A stretch of 64,000 nucleotides of DNA, taken from an uncultured Chloroflexia bacterium. Its GTDB lineage: Bacteria; Chloroflexota; Limnocylindria; Limnocylindrales; CSP1-4. Location of the stretch: positions 64,001 to 128,000 of the forward strand of contig CAVYIM010000004.1 in NCBI GenBank assembly GCA_963768655.1, given 5' to 3'. A program made the translations under genes and the position numbers. This document shows, piece by piece, positions 52,967 through 62,564 of the stretch (positions are counted from its first letter, which is position 1; every line of letters starts with the position of its first letter). The notes beneath the pieces are model-generated. The model was not told the DNA's origin. It saw nothing but the letters and a program-made list of their open reading frames with translations, and searched no databases.

Positions 52967-54274
52967 GTGCCCGTCCCGCGCCGCAGGAGTTCTGTATTGC
53001 CTTCGCCCGCGAGTCCCACGCTTCGAGCTCTGCGCAGACTGGTCGCGCGCGATCCTGAGGCGCCGATCCGCCTGAAGCTTGGCGTTACGCGAGCCTCGCT
53101 GACCGCTTCGCTGCGCGACGCCGCCCGCCCGGCAGGCGATTCGATCCGCGAGCTTCTGGGCGGCGCTCTCAGGGCGGGAGCCTCCGGGTCGGAAGGAGCC
53201 ACGAGCCCGGCCGGAGCGCTCGGTGGACCGCTGGCTGGAGTCAGGCGCCACCGCCACGTCCTTCCACTGGGCGCCTGCCTGCTTCTCGTCGCCGTCGCCG
53301 CGGTCAGCGCCATGACCCCGGTCTCGGCCGTCGGCGCTCCGGCCGCGACTCCGGGCGACAGCCCGGCCGTCGCCAGCGCCGACAGCGGCACGGACCAGAC
53401 CACGGACCAGACAACGACGGATACGAGTGCCGAGTCGGACCAGGGCGACAGCAACGTCTACAACGTCATCCAGACAGTTGCCATCCCGCCCGGCTCCAGC
53501 GACTACCAGCTCTACGTGGTCCAGGGCGGCGACAGCCTCGGCAAGATCGCCGCGAAGTTCGGGCTCAGCGTCAACACCGTCTATTGGGCCAACACCAGCC
53601 GCCTTCCGAACCCCTCATCGATCCGCGTCGGCTTGAAGCTGCTGATCCCGCCGGCCAACGGGGTCACCGTGACCGTCAAGGTCAACAACACCGTCAGCGG
53701 GTTCGCGGCCAGGTACAAGGTGTCGACCCAGAAGATCATGGTGGCCAACGGCATGTCCGATGCCACGCTCACCGTGGGACAACTGCTGGTCATTCCGGTC
53801 GCCCAGATCCCGGCCATCCCGACGCCCAAGCCGGCCAGCGGGTCCGGCGGCGGTACCAGCACGGCGTGGCACGGCGGAAAGCTCCGCTGGCCCGTGCCCG
53901 GCCACACCACGCTCAGCCAGGGCTACTGGTCCGGCCACCGCGCCATAGACATCCCGGCACCCATGGGCAGTCCCGTCGTGGCCGCGTATGCCGGCACCGT
54001 CATCTTCGCCGGCTGGAAGTACGCGGGCTCGGCCGGCTACGGCGGCGGTCTCGTCGTCTGGATCTCGCACGGCGGGAAGCTGTGGACGACCTATAACCAT
54101 CTTTCCGCCGAGTTCGTCCACGTGGGACAGGTGGTATCGGCCGGGCAGCGCATCGGCAGCATCGGCATGACCGGCAATGCCACCGGGCCGCACCTTCACT
54201 TCGAGGTCTGGGCCTGCTACCCCTGGACGGGCCTCACCACGGCCTGTGCCAGGAACCCTCTCAACTACTTCTGA
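52967..54274 (+). CDS. LysM + M23 metallopeptidase (start uncertain)
   Basis: TM segment; LysM YVVQGGDSLGKIA plus a second degenerate LysM; HRAID, YNHL, TGPHLHFE. Confidence 0.88.
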   Translation: MPVPRRRSSVLPSPASPTLRALRRLVARDPEAPIRLKLGVTRASLTASLRDAARPAGDSIRELLGGALRAGASGSEGATSPAGALGGPLAGVRRHRHVLPLGACLLLVAVAAVSAMTPVSAVGAPAATPGDSPAVASADSGTDQTTDQTTTDTSAESDQGDSNVYNVIQTVAIPPGSSDYQLYVVQGGDSLGKIAAKFGLSVNTVYWANTSRLPNPSSIRVGLKLLIPPANGVTVTVKVNNTVSGFAARYKVSTQKIMVANGMSDATLTVGQLLVIPVAQIPAIPTPKPASGSGGGTSTAWHGGKLRWPVPGHTTLSQGYWSGHRAIDIPAPMGSPVVAAYAGTVIFAGWKYAGSAGYGGGLVVWISHGGKLWTTYNHLSAEFVHVGQVVSAGQRIGSIGMTGNATGPHLHFEVWACYPWTGLTTACARNPLNYF

Positions 54275-54401
54275 GCTGGCGCGTCTGAGCTGGCGCGATC
54301 GCCCGATCGCCCGCCGGATCAGAGTGCGCTCTAAGGCCCCGGTCGCCGATTCATGACACGGCTGCCCGGGTCTCGTCCGAGCCGCATGCGAGAATTGACC
54401 G

Positions 54402-55694
54402 GTGTTCTTCGATTCTGTCCGCGTCTGGATACGTGCCGGTGACGGCGGCGACGGCGCCGCGACCTTCCGGCACGAAGCCCACGTGCCCCGCGGCGGCCCC
54501 GACGGCGGCGACGGCGGACGGGGCGGGTCGATCTACCTGACCGTCGATCCGGGCGAGACGAGCCTGCGCGACTACCGCCACCGGTATCATTTCAAGGCGG
54601 CGGCCGGGGGTCGTGGCAGCGGTCAGAAGAAGCACGGCAAGGCCGGCGACGACCTGATCCTGAAGGTTCCGCCCGGTACGGGCGTGTTCGACGAATTGTC
54701 AGGCGACCTGCTGGGCGACCTGGTCGCGTCGGGGCAGACCCTGATGGTCGGGCGCGGCGGACGGGGCGGCCTCGGCAACGTGCATTTCGCGACCTCCACC
54801 AACCAGGCCCCCAAACATGCCCAGAACGGCGAGCCGGGCGAAGAGCGCCAGGTCCGGCTGGAGCTGCGGCTCCTCGCCGACGTGGGCCTGGTGGGGCTGC
54901 CCAACGCCGGCAAGTCCACGCTCCTCGCGGCGCTGACGGCGGCCCGGCCAAAGATTGCCGACTACCCGTTCACGACCCTCGAGCCGAACCTGGGCGTTCT
55001 GGATCTCGGCGACGAGGACAGCCGTCGACCGACGATCGCGGACGTGCCGGGCCTGATCGAGGGAGCCAGCTCCGGAGCCGGGCTGGGCCATGCCTTCCTG
55101 CGTCACGTCGAACGGACGCGTGTCCTGGTCCATGTCGTCGACGGCTCGGATCGCGACCCGGAATGGAGCTACAACGTCATCCGCGACGAGCTCGGCGCGC
55201 ACGATCCGGCGCTGCTGACGAAACCGCTGCTCGTGGCGTTCAACAAGATGGATCGGCTCGCCGCCGCCGAGACATGGCCGGCGTTCCGGGATGCCCGTGC
55301 CGCGCAGAGCGTCGCCGCGGTCGCGATCTCCGCCCAGACGGGCGCCAATCTGGCGGAGCTGCGAGAGCGACTGTCGAAGCTGTTGCCCTCTGCCGAGGAG
55401 CTGGCCGAGCCGCCGGAGCCGGCGGGCATCGTCGTCCACCGACTCGAGTCGGCCGGCAACGCATTCACCGTGGCCCGCGAGGACGGCGTGCTCGTGGTCC
55501 ACGGCCGAAGGATCGAACGCCTGGCCGCCCAGACCAACTTCGACGTCGAAGAGTCGGCCGAGCGCTTCCAGGAAGACCTGATCCGCCTCGGTATCGACCA
55601 CGAGCTGCGACGCCAGGGCGTGGCGCCGGGCGATACGGTGCGCATCGGCGGCAGCGAGCTCGAGTGGGAGCCGGACGCGTGGGACGAGCGGTGA
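54402..55694 (+). CDS. obgE: GTPase ObgE
   Basis: GGPDGGDGGRGG, GLPNAGKST, DYPFTTL, DVPGLI, NKMD, C-terminal OCT domain. Confidence 0.97.
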   Translation: MFFDSVRVWIRAGDGGDGAATFRHEAHVPRGGPDGGDGGRGGSIYLTVDPGETSLRDYRHRYHFKAAAGGRGSGQKKHGKAGDDLILKVPPGTGVFDELSGDLLGDLVASGQTLMVGRGGRGGLGNVHFATSTNQAPKHAQNGEPGEERQVRLELRLLADVGLVGLPNAGKSTLLAALTAARPKIADYPFTTLEPNLGVLDLGDEDSRRPTIADVPGLIEGASSGAGLGHAFLRHVERTRVLVHVVDGSDRDPEWSYNVIRDELGAHDPALLTKPLLVAFNKMDRLAAAETWPAFRDARAAQSVAAVAISAQTGANLAELRERLSKLLPSAEELAEPPEPAGIVVHRLESAGNAFTVAREDGVLVVHGRRIERLAAQTNFDVEESAERFQEDLIRLGIDHELRRQGVAPGDTVRIGGSELEWEPDAWDER

Positions 55695-56407
55695 ACGGGC
55701 GGAGCGGCGGCCCGGCCCCCGGACCGTCCACTGGCCCCGGTGCCGGTGCGGCGCTCGCGCCCACGGATCGGCGCGTCGGGATCCTGGGCGGCACCTTCGA
55801 CCCTGTTCACTACGGCCACCTGGTCATCGCCGAACAGGTCCGCGAGGCCCTGTCGCTGGATCGCGTGCTGTTCGTCCCGGCGGCCGTTCCGCCACACCGG
55901 ATCGGTCTCTCGATCACGTCGGCGGAGCATCGGGCGGCGCTGGTGGAGCTGGCCATCGCCGGTAACCGGAGGTTCGCCGTCAGCCGGATGGAGCTCGAGC
56001 GCGGTGGCCCCTCGTATACCGCGGATACCCTGCAGATCCTGGCCGAGGAGGCGGCTCGGCAGGGAGTGGCCCGGGACCTCTTCTTCATTCTCTCGACCGA
56101 AGCCCTTGCCGCTCTGCCGGACTGGCACGATCCGGAACGGGTTCTGTCGCTGTGTCGTCTGGCGGTCGTCCCGCGCCCGGGCGCTCCGCTGCCTTCGGCG
56201 GCGGAGCTGGCGGCCCGTTTCGGCGATCAAGCCGGCCGGATCGTCGCGGTCGAGACCGTGCCGCTGGCCCATTCCGCCTCGGCCGTGCGTGCCCGCGCCG
56301 CCGCCGGTCAATCGATTCGCTATCTCGTGCCGCCGGCCGTGGAGGCCTACATCTGCGACCATCGGCTGTATCGTTCCGACAACCCCTCGGAGGATTGCCC
56401 GAAGTGA
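55691..56407 (+). CDS. nadD: Nicotinate-nucleotide adenylyltransferase
   Basis: GILGGTFDPVHYGH, PPH, SYTADTL, W, SASAVR; obgE-nadD-rsfS order. Confidence 0.93.
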   Translation: MNGRSGGPAPGPSTGPGAGAALAPTDRRVGILGGTFDPVHYGHLVIAEQVREALSLDRVLFVPAAVPPHRIGLSITSAEHRAALVELAIAGNRRFAVSRMELERGGPSYTADTLQILAEEAARQGVARDLFFILSTEALAALPDWHDPERVLSLCRLAVVPRPGAPLPSAAELAARFGDQAGRIVAVETVPLAHSASAVRARAAAGQSIRYLVPPAVEAYICDHRLYRSDNPSEDCPK

Positions 56408-56964
56408 CCGACCCCACGCCCTCGACGAACGCGATGCCCAGCCCGGACGGCCTGCCGAGGCGGCGCAAGCCGCTCGTCCGCGCCGCCGCGGCCGCTCCGT
56501 CAGAGGAAGCACTGGCCGAGCGGGAGGCCGCCGCCTTTGAGGCCGACGAGGCCGCCGCCGAAGCCGCGGCGCCTGCCGAGCCGCCGATCGAGGAAACCCT
56601 CCTGCAGCGTGGCCTGCGCCTGAGCTCGCTCGAGATTGCCCGCAAGATCGTCGACGCGGCCGAGGACAAGAAGGCCGCCGACATCGTCCTGCTCGACGTG
56701 TCCGAGCTGACCTCCATGGCGGACTACTTCGTCATCTGCTCGGGCGGTTCGGAGCGCCAGCTGGGCGCCATCGGCGACGGCATCGCCGAGAAGCTGCGCG
56801 CGGAGGGCGTCCGGCCGATCGGCCGCGAGGGCGGATCCAACTCGCACTGGACGTTGCTGGACTTCGGCGCCGTCATCGTCCACGTCTTCGCCCCGCCGGA
56901 ACGCGACTACTACCAGCTCGAGCGCCACTGGGCCAAGGCGAAGACGGTGCTACGCGTCCAGTAG
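56404..56964 (+). CDS. rsfS: Ribosome silencing factor RsfS with N-terminal extension
   Basis: DKKAADI, DYFVICSG, WTLLDFG, VHVF, RDYYQLE..W. Confidence 0.92.
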   Translation: MTDPTPSTNAMPSPDGLPRRRKPLVRAAAAAPSEEALAEREAAAFEADEAAAEAAAPAEPPIEETLLQRGLRLSSLEIARKIVDAAEDKKAADIVLLDVSELTSMADYFVICSGGSERQLGAIGDGIAEKLRAEGVRPIGREGGSNSHWTLLDFGAVIVHVFAPPERDYYQLERHWAKAKTVLRVQ

Positions 56965-57098
56965 GATCGCCGTTCCGGCCGGACGGGCGCGCGATGTGAA
57001 CCGAATCGATCAGCTGTCTGCGCCCGGCCGCTCGATTCCGTAAACTGCATTAGCCGGCGATCACCTGCCGGACACCGCAAGTCTGTGGAGACTCCGCC

Positions 57099-57515
57099 AC
57101 GACCACGCCCTACGCACCCGAACGACGCCCGCACCGCGCCCCCACGATCGTCGACTACGTCAACATCCGGTGGGTCGACGAGTGGTGCAAGCGCTGCAAC
57201 ATCTGCGTCGAGATCTGCCCCAAAGCCAGCCTGCTGCTGACTCACGACGCGATCATCGAAGCCACGGACTGCATCCGCTGCGGCCTGTGCGAGCGCTACT
57301 GCCCGGACCTCGCGATCGAGATCCTGCCCAAGCGCGACGAGAACGGCAGGCTTCCGGCCGCCGCCCAGGCGGAAGAGGCTGCCTCCGCGCACAACGTCGC
57401 TCCGCAACACATTCCCGACGTCGCCCGGGGTCCGGCGGTCGCCGGTACCGATCCACATCGCGGCATCACCGACACGGAGAGCGCTCCGAACGTCGACCGC
57501 GACAATCCGACCTGA
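57099..57515 (+). CDS. 2x[4Fe-4S] ferredoxin, delta subunit of 2-oxoacid:ferredoxin oxidoreductase (not in ORF track; no canonical start)
   Basis: In-frame WCKRCNICVEICP and CIRCGLCERYCPDLAI; upstream stop at 57051; GGAG + 8 nt + ACG at 57099. Confidence 0.85.
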   Translation, partial: TTTPYAPERRPHRAPTIVDYVNIRWVDEWCKRCNICVEICPKASLLLTHDAIIEATDCIRCGLCERYCPDLAIEILPKRDENGRLPAAAQAEEAASAHNVAPQHIPDVARGPAVAGTDPHRGITDTESAPNVDRDNPT

Positions 57516-57531
57516 TCGGACAGGACACACG

Positions 57532-58623
57532 ATGACCAAGCGACTCGTCCAGGGCAACGAGGCCGTGCTGCTCGGCGCCATCAAGGCTGGAGCGTCTCAC
57601 TTCGCCGGCTATCCGATCAGCCCGTCGTCGGAGATCCTGGCCCAGGCCTCCGTGTATGCCGCGAGCCATCCAGAGTTCCGCTTCCTGCAGGAGGAGGACG
57701 AGATCGCCAGCGCCAACGCGATCCTGGGCGCCAGCCTGGCGGGTGCGAAGTCGTTCACAGCCACCTCCGGGCCGGGCTTCAGCCTGATGCAGGAGGCGAT
57801 CGGCTACGGCCATAAGGTCGGCATTCCCTGCGTCCTCGTGGACGTCATGCGCGTCGGACCCGCGACCGGCATGCCCACGATGCCCGGCCAGGGCGATCTC
57901 AACCAAGCCCGCTACGGTTCCACGGGCGACTACACGAGCTTCGTCTTCTACCCGTCGACCGTGGCCGAGTGCTACGAGTACACGATCCAGGCCTTCAACG
58001 CCGCGGAGGAGAGCCGAAGCCCGGTCATTCTCCTCTCCGACGCGTTCCTCGGCCATCTCAACGAAGTGGCGGACCTGGACGCGATCGACGTGCCGGTGGT
58101 CCCACGGACGCTCGAGCCTCTCGCCTCCGGCGGCACCCGGCTTTTCTCCGGCGTGGCCACATACCCCGACGGCGAGCCGGCCACCGCGGACGCCGACGAG
58201 TTCATCCGCCAGTACAACGAGTCCCGCGACCATCGCATCAAGGTTGCGGAGAAATACGCGTTCTATGAGTACGACTGGAACAAGGACTCCGAGACGCTGG
58301 TGATCGCGTTCGGCATCACCCGCCGCATTGCCCAGCCGCTCGCCGCTCATTTCGCACTCTTCCGGCCGATCCGGATCTGGCCCACCCTGGACCGCGAGCT
58401 GACCGAGATTGCCCCGCGCTACAAGAACATCATCGTCATCGAAGGCAGCGATGGGCAGTACGCCAACGTCGTGGAGCGGATGCTCTTCCGCCGCGTCGAG
58501 CGCGTGCCGCTGCTGGGCGGCCGGATGAGCCTCGAGGCCATCCGCGAAGGCCTCGCCCGCATCGGCATGCTTCCGGCAGAGCTCATGCCGCCCGCCTCCC
58601 AGTCGCCGGCCCACGACGGCTGA
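57532..58623 (+). CDS. 2-oxoacid:ferredoxin oxidoreductase alpha subunit
   Basis: GNEA, GYPISPSSE, EDEIAS, TATSGPGFSLMQE, RVGPATGMPT. Confidence 0.93.
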   Translation: MTKRLVQGNEAVLLGAIKAGASHFAGYPISPSSEILAQASVYAASHPEFRFLQEEDEIASANAILGASLAGAKSFTATSGPGFSLMQEAIGYGHKVGIPCVLVDVMRVGPATGMPTMPGQGDLNQARYGSTGDYTSFVFYPSTVAECYEYTIQAFNAAEESRSPVILLSDAFLGHLNEVADLDAIDVPVVPRTLEPLASGGTRLFSGVATYPDGEPATADADEFIRQYNESRDHRIKVAEKYAFYEYDWNKDSETLVIAFGITRRIAQPLAAHFALFRPIRIWPTLDRELTEIAPRYKNIIVIEGSDGQYANVVERMLFRRVERVPLLGGRMSLEAIREGLARIGMLPAELMPPASQSPAHDG

Positions 58624-58649
58624 CCGCGTCCCCGCAGAGGTTCACCGCA

Positions 58650-59435
58650 ATGGCTGTCAAGGACAAGCTCAAGACCGATCTCTTCCCGACGATCTGGTGC
58701 CCCGGCTGCGGCATCGGCCTGATCATGCAGCAGCTGGCCACCGTCATGGACGAGCTCGGCCTCGACAAGAACAACACCGTCCTGGTGACCGGGATCGGCT
58801 GCACCGGCCGAATGGGCGCCTACATGAACTTCGAGTCCGTGTACACGCTCCACGGTCGAACGTTGCCGGTGGCAGAAGCCATCAAGATGGTGCGACCCGA
58901 GCTGCACGTCCTGGTCGTCTCCGGCGACGGCGACATTGCCTCTATCGGTGGCAACCATTTGCTCCACTCGATCCGCCGGAACCCGAACATCACAGTTCTA
59001 TGCAACAACAACGAGATCTACGGCCTGACGGGCGGTCAGACCGGACCGACCACGCCGACGGGCACGAACACGATCTCGTCGCCGGCAGGCGCAACCTACA
59101 CGCCGATCAACCTGCAGGGCGTCGTCAACACCAACCCGAACGCTTACTACGCCAAGACCACGGTCTACCACCAGGGGCCGATGCGCAAGGCGATCAGGGA
59201 AGCGATCGAGTGGCCGGGCTTCGCGTTCGTCGACATCGCCAGTCAGTGCATCGAGAACAACGGCCGGCGGATCGGGTTCGCGAGCGCGAACGACATGCTG
59301 CAGCACTACCGTACCGAGTACAAGGCGGCGCCTCCCGGCTCGACGCACCTGGAGCCGCATCAGACCGGCATCATCAAGGGTCAGCCGCTGCCCGTGGCGG
59401 GTTCGGCCCGGTCCGGCAACGGGTCGGGCGAGTAG
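58650..59435 (+). CDS. 2-oxoacid:ferredoxin oxidoreductase beta subunit
   Basis: WCPGCG, GIGC, HGR, GDGD...IGGNH, NNEIYGLTGGQ. Confidence 0.94.
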   Translation: MAVKDKLKTDLFPTIWCPGCGIGLIMQQLATVMDELGLDKNNTVLVTGIGCTGRMGAYMNFESVYTLHGRTLPVAEAIKMVRPELHVLVVSGDGDIASIGGNHLLHSIRRNPNITVLCNNNEIYGLTGGQTGPTTPTGTNTISSPAGATYTPINLQGVVNTNPNAYYAKTTVYHQGPMRKAIREAIEWPGFAFVDIASQCIENNGRRIGFASANDMLQHYRTEYKAAPPGSTHLEPHQTGIIKGQPLPVAGSARSGNGSGE

Positions 59436-59460
59436 GCCCGGGCAGGGCGAGGAGGATCGG

Positions 59461-60075
59461 ATGGCGGCCAAGTCCATCGTCATCGACGGCGTCGGGGGTC
59501 AGGGCGTCCGGGTTATCGGCAGTACCATGGCCAGCCTGCTGGCGGTCATGGGCTATGAGGTCACGCTCCTGTTCGACTACGACTCGTCGGTCCGCGGCGG
59601 CATGAGCGAAGCTTTCCTCGAGTACGACCGCGAGCCGATCTCCAACTTCGTCGTCGAGTGCGCCGACGTCGTCTTGCGCCTCGCCGACCGCGGCCCGAAT
59701 CACCTGACTGCGGACTACGTCATCGCCGACATCGGCCTGACCAGGGCCGGCGAGCGCGGCGAGGAGATCCCGTTCCTGCAGCTGGGCGTCGAGAAGTTCG
59801 GGCGGGATCTCTTCGGCAACATGATCGCCCTGGGCCGTTTGCTGTGCATCTGCGACGTCGACTTCACCGACCAGCACCTGACCGAGGCGCTGCCCAAGAA
59901 GTACATCGACGAGAACATCGCGGCCATCAAGTACGGCTACGGGCTGGACCGCGACTCGATCAAGGCCATCGTGCCCGAGCAGGCCGCCAGCAGCTTCGCC
60001 GAGCGCTACGCCCAGCGCGTCCTGGCCGGCACCGCGCCGACCGAGGCCGTCGAGCAGGCCGCGGCTCGCAGCTGA
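59461..60075 (+). CDS. 2-oxoacid:ferredoxin oxidoreductase gamma subunit
   Basis: GVGGQGV, YDSSVRGG, NMIALG, ENIAAI..GY. Confidence 0.88.
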   Translation: MAAKSIVIDGVGGQGVRVIGSTMASLLAVMGYEVTLLFDYDSSVRGGMSEAFLEYDREPISNFVVECADVVLRLADRGPNHLTADYVIADIGLTRAGERGEEIPFLQLGVEKFGRDLFGNMIALGRLLCICDVDFTDQHLTEALPKKYIDENIAAIKYGYGLDRDSIKAIVPEQAASSFAERYAQRVLAGTAPTEAVEQAAARS

Positions 60076-60785
60076 TGAGCCCGCGCCACAGGGGCCGCGG
60101 TCGGCGGGGCGGCGGCCCAGGGGGACCCGGAGGCGCCGCCGGCGTCGTGACACCGAACGGGCAGGGGAGCGGCGCAGGCCTCGAAACAGCCGGCGAGGGA
60201 ACGGAGCCGGTCGAAGCGCCAGCGGACGAGGGCGCCACCGGTTCGGGGAATGGGCTCGCCCCCCTGCAGGGGAGTCGACCGAATGACGCGGCCGGCGGCT
60301 CTGCCGGAGGTCCGTCCGGCGGGGGTGGCGGATTCGGCGGCGGCCAGCCCGGTGGGCAGAGACGCCAGCCTCGGGGTCGCCCGACGGGCCGCGCATCCGG
60401 TCCCCGTCCGGCGCCCGTCTCGGCGCTTGCCTCGGCGCCGGCTCCGGCGACTCCAGCCCCTGCGATCGAGGTCGACGAGGACGGCAACCCGGTTCCCGGC
60501 AGGCGTCCCAACTGCACGCTCGCGCAGATGCGCCGCTTCATCAAGAGCCGCCCCTACGTGCCGGTGCACGAGCTTCGCCGCCGTTTCGAGATCGAGGGGA
60601 TCGAGGACGAGGTCAGCCCGGTCGCCACCGAGCACGGCACGATCTATGTGGGCCTTCCGCCCGAGCAGGCCCAGTTCCTGGGAGACCTGATCAGGTCCGG
60701 CGACGTGGGCTGCGAGATGCTCCTCGACCCCGACAGCCCCGGCGTCATCGGCGTCTTCCCGATGAGGCCCATCGCGCGGCAATAG
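60075..60785 (+). CDS. Hypothetical protein: Gly/Pro-rich disordered N-terminus, compact C-terminal domain
   Basis: TGATG coupling; C-terminal CTLAQMRRFIKSRPYVPVHELRRRFEI... Confidence 0.7.
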   Translation: MSPRHRGRGRRGGGPGGPGGAAGVVTPNGQGSGAGLETAGEGTEPVEAPADEGATGSGNGLAPLQGSRPNDAAGGSAGGPSGGGGGFGGGQPGGQRRQPRGRPTGRASGPRPAPVSALASAPAPATPAPAIEVDEDGNPVPGRRPNCTLAQMRRFIKSRPYVPVHELRRRFEIEGIEDEVSPVATEHGTIYVGLPPEQAQFLGDLIRSGDVGCEMLLDPDSPGVIGVFPMRPIARQ

Positions 60786-60886
60786 CGGCGGTCTCGGTCC
60801 CACTCCAAGCGCGACGCCGACCGCAACCAGCCGACTGCCCCACGACCGTCGAACGCGGTCGCTGCTCGCGGCGGAGAGCTTGCGGA

Positions 60887-61810
60887 TCAGTGGCCGGCTG
60901 TCACGGAGATCGGCTGGGCCTGCAGGTCGATCAAGGTCCGGCTGCCGAGCGGCTTAGCGAGGGTGACCTGGGCTGTCCGGAGCGCGCCAACGGCTGAACA
61001 CATGGCGGGCACGGTGTTCCGGTGCTGCCACACGATCACCACGACCGCGGTGTCCGACTCCACGGCCTCGGCGGTGTAGTCGGCTCCACACGGCTTGTCG
61101 CCGGGATCCGGAGCGCCCTCGACTGTGACCGTGAGGGTCATGCCGCTTGCATCGACGCTGGCCGATTGCACTTGAGCGACCCACGGCTGAGCCACTTGCT
61201 GGCCGGAGGCCTGGTCGTTTGGGGTGGGCACGGGCGGCGCCGTGAACTGGTCTCCCACGGCGACCTGGTCCAGCTTGACGTCGGTGTCCTTCAGGCTGAA
61301 CTCCCACGCAGGGGCCTGGGCCGGTCCTCGGCTGGTCTGGAAGGTGGCGGTCGTGAGTCTCGCGCCGGTGATCTGCAGCGGAGTGCAATCCGGGCAGGGC
61401 CATTGGTTGGTAGCCTTCATGTCGGAGAGGGCCTGCTGGGCCGAGATCACCGGAACGGTGTGGGTCGTTCCGTCCTGCCACTCGATCGTGCCGTCCGGGG
61501 GCGCCCCGGATGGAAGTGGATCCGCAACTACAAAGAGGCCGGCGCCCCACGCTATCTTGGCGTTGTTGCCGTCGATGTTCGGGCCCCAATCGTCGCCGAC
61601 CATGAGGGTGGACTCGCCGACGAGGACGAAGCCCGATCCTCCGGAACCTGCCGCGACGGCGGCGTCCCAGCGGGCGAGCGCCTCCTGCGCCTGCAGATGG
61701 ATCGCAGCCACCTGCGCGCTCGACGCGGGTGCTGCGGTGCATCCCGAGACACCGACGACCAGGCCAACGACGGCGACTATGCGGAATCCTCGCAAGCGTG
61801 CCATCTCCAT
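60887..61810 (-). CDS. Putative lipoprotein of unknown function
   Basis: Signal peptide with lipobox VSGC; CPDC, PCGADY and MCSAVG cysteines. Confidence 0.72.
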   Translation of the reverse strand: MEMARLRGFRIVAVVGLVVGVSGCTAAPASSAQVAAIHLQAQEALARWDAAVAAGSGGSGFVLVGESTLMVGDDWGPNIDGNNAKIAWGAGLFVVADPLPSGAPPDGTIEWQDGTTHTVPVISAQQALSDMKATNQWPCPDCTPLQITGARLTTATFQTSRGPAQAPAWEFSLKDTDVKLDQVAVGDQFTAPPVPTPNDQASGQQVAQPWVAQVQSASVDASGMTLTVTVEGAPDPGDKPCGADYTAEAVESDTAVVVIVWQHRNTVPAMCSAVGALRTAQVTLAKPLGSRTLIDLQAQPISVTAGH

Positions 61811-61991
61811 CCTCCCTCATGGGCCCTTCATCCTTGAGTACGGAATCGAGCTTTGAGCGGATCAAACGGAGGCCAGCTGATCCCTGGTTCAGCTTCCGGC
61901 AACGTTCGCTCGACTTCGAGAGAGCCCGTCGACACGTCTTCCTGCCCAACTGAAGATTGAACCGAAGTGCTCGATCGACGCTCTTCCCCTT

Positions 61992-62564
61992 GTGGAGGGC
62001 TTCACAATTCGCGTCGAGGTGGGAGACGAAAGGGCGGTCGTTTCGGGAGCCAGCGCGCAGTTGGTCGGTGCGGCCTGCGCCGGTGGCAGGGATGCCTTCG
62101 GGCGGCTCGTTCGACCGTATCTCGCGTCCGCGGTGGGCGCCGCGACGCTCATTACGGGCAACGATTCAGACGGTGCCGACGCCGTCCAGGACGCGCTCCT
62201 GATCGCCTGGCAGCGGCTTCCACAGCTTCGCAACCCGGGGCTGTTTCAGGCCTGGTTCCGAAGCATCGTCCTCCGATCCGCGCTGCGCACGGCACGACGG
62301 ACCCGACGCATCGTAGAACTGGACCTCGAAGTGGCGGCGCCGGTCGATCAGCTCGACCGAGCCCTCGATCTCCGAACGTTGCGTCGGGCGCTCGCCCGAC
62401 TGGACAGCAAGGATCGTGTGTTGCTGACGTTGCACCACTACTGGGACCTCCCCGTCGCAGAGACGGCCCGTTTGCTCGGAGTGCCCGAAGGGACGGTCAA
62501 GTCGCGAGTCCACCATGCGCTGCACCGGCTTCGCGCCGCCCACGAGGCGGAGGAGCGACGATGA
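61992..62564 (+). CDS. ECF sigma-70 family sigma factor
   Basis: DAVQDALL, FQAWFRSIV, ETARLLGVPEGTVKSRVH. Confidence 0.9.
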   Translation: MEGFTIRVEVGDERAVVSGASAQLVGAACAGGRDAFGRLVRPYLASAVGAATLITGNDSDGADAVQDALLIAWQRLPQLRNPGLFQAWFRSIVLRSALRTARRTRRIVELDLEVAAPVDQLDRALDLRTLRRALARLDSKDRVLLTLHHYWDLPVAETARLLGVPEGTVKSRVHHALHRLRAAHEAEERR

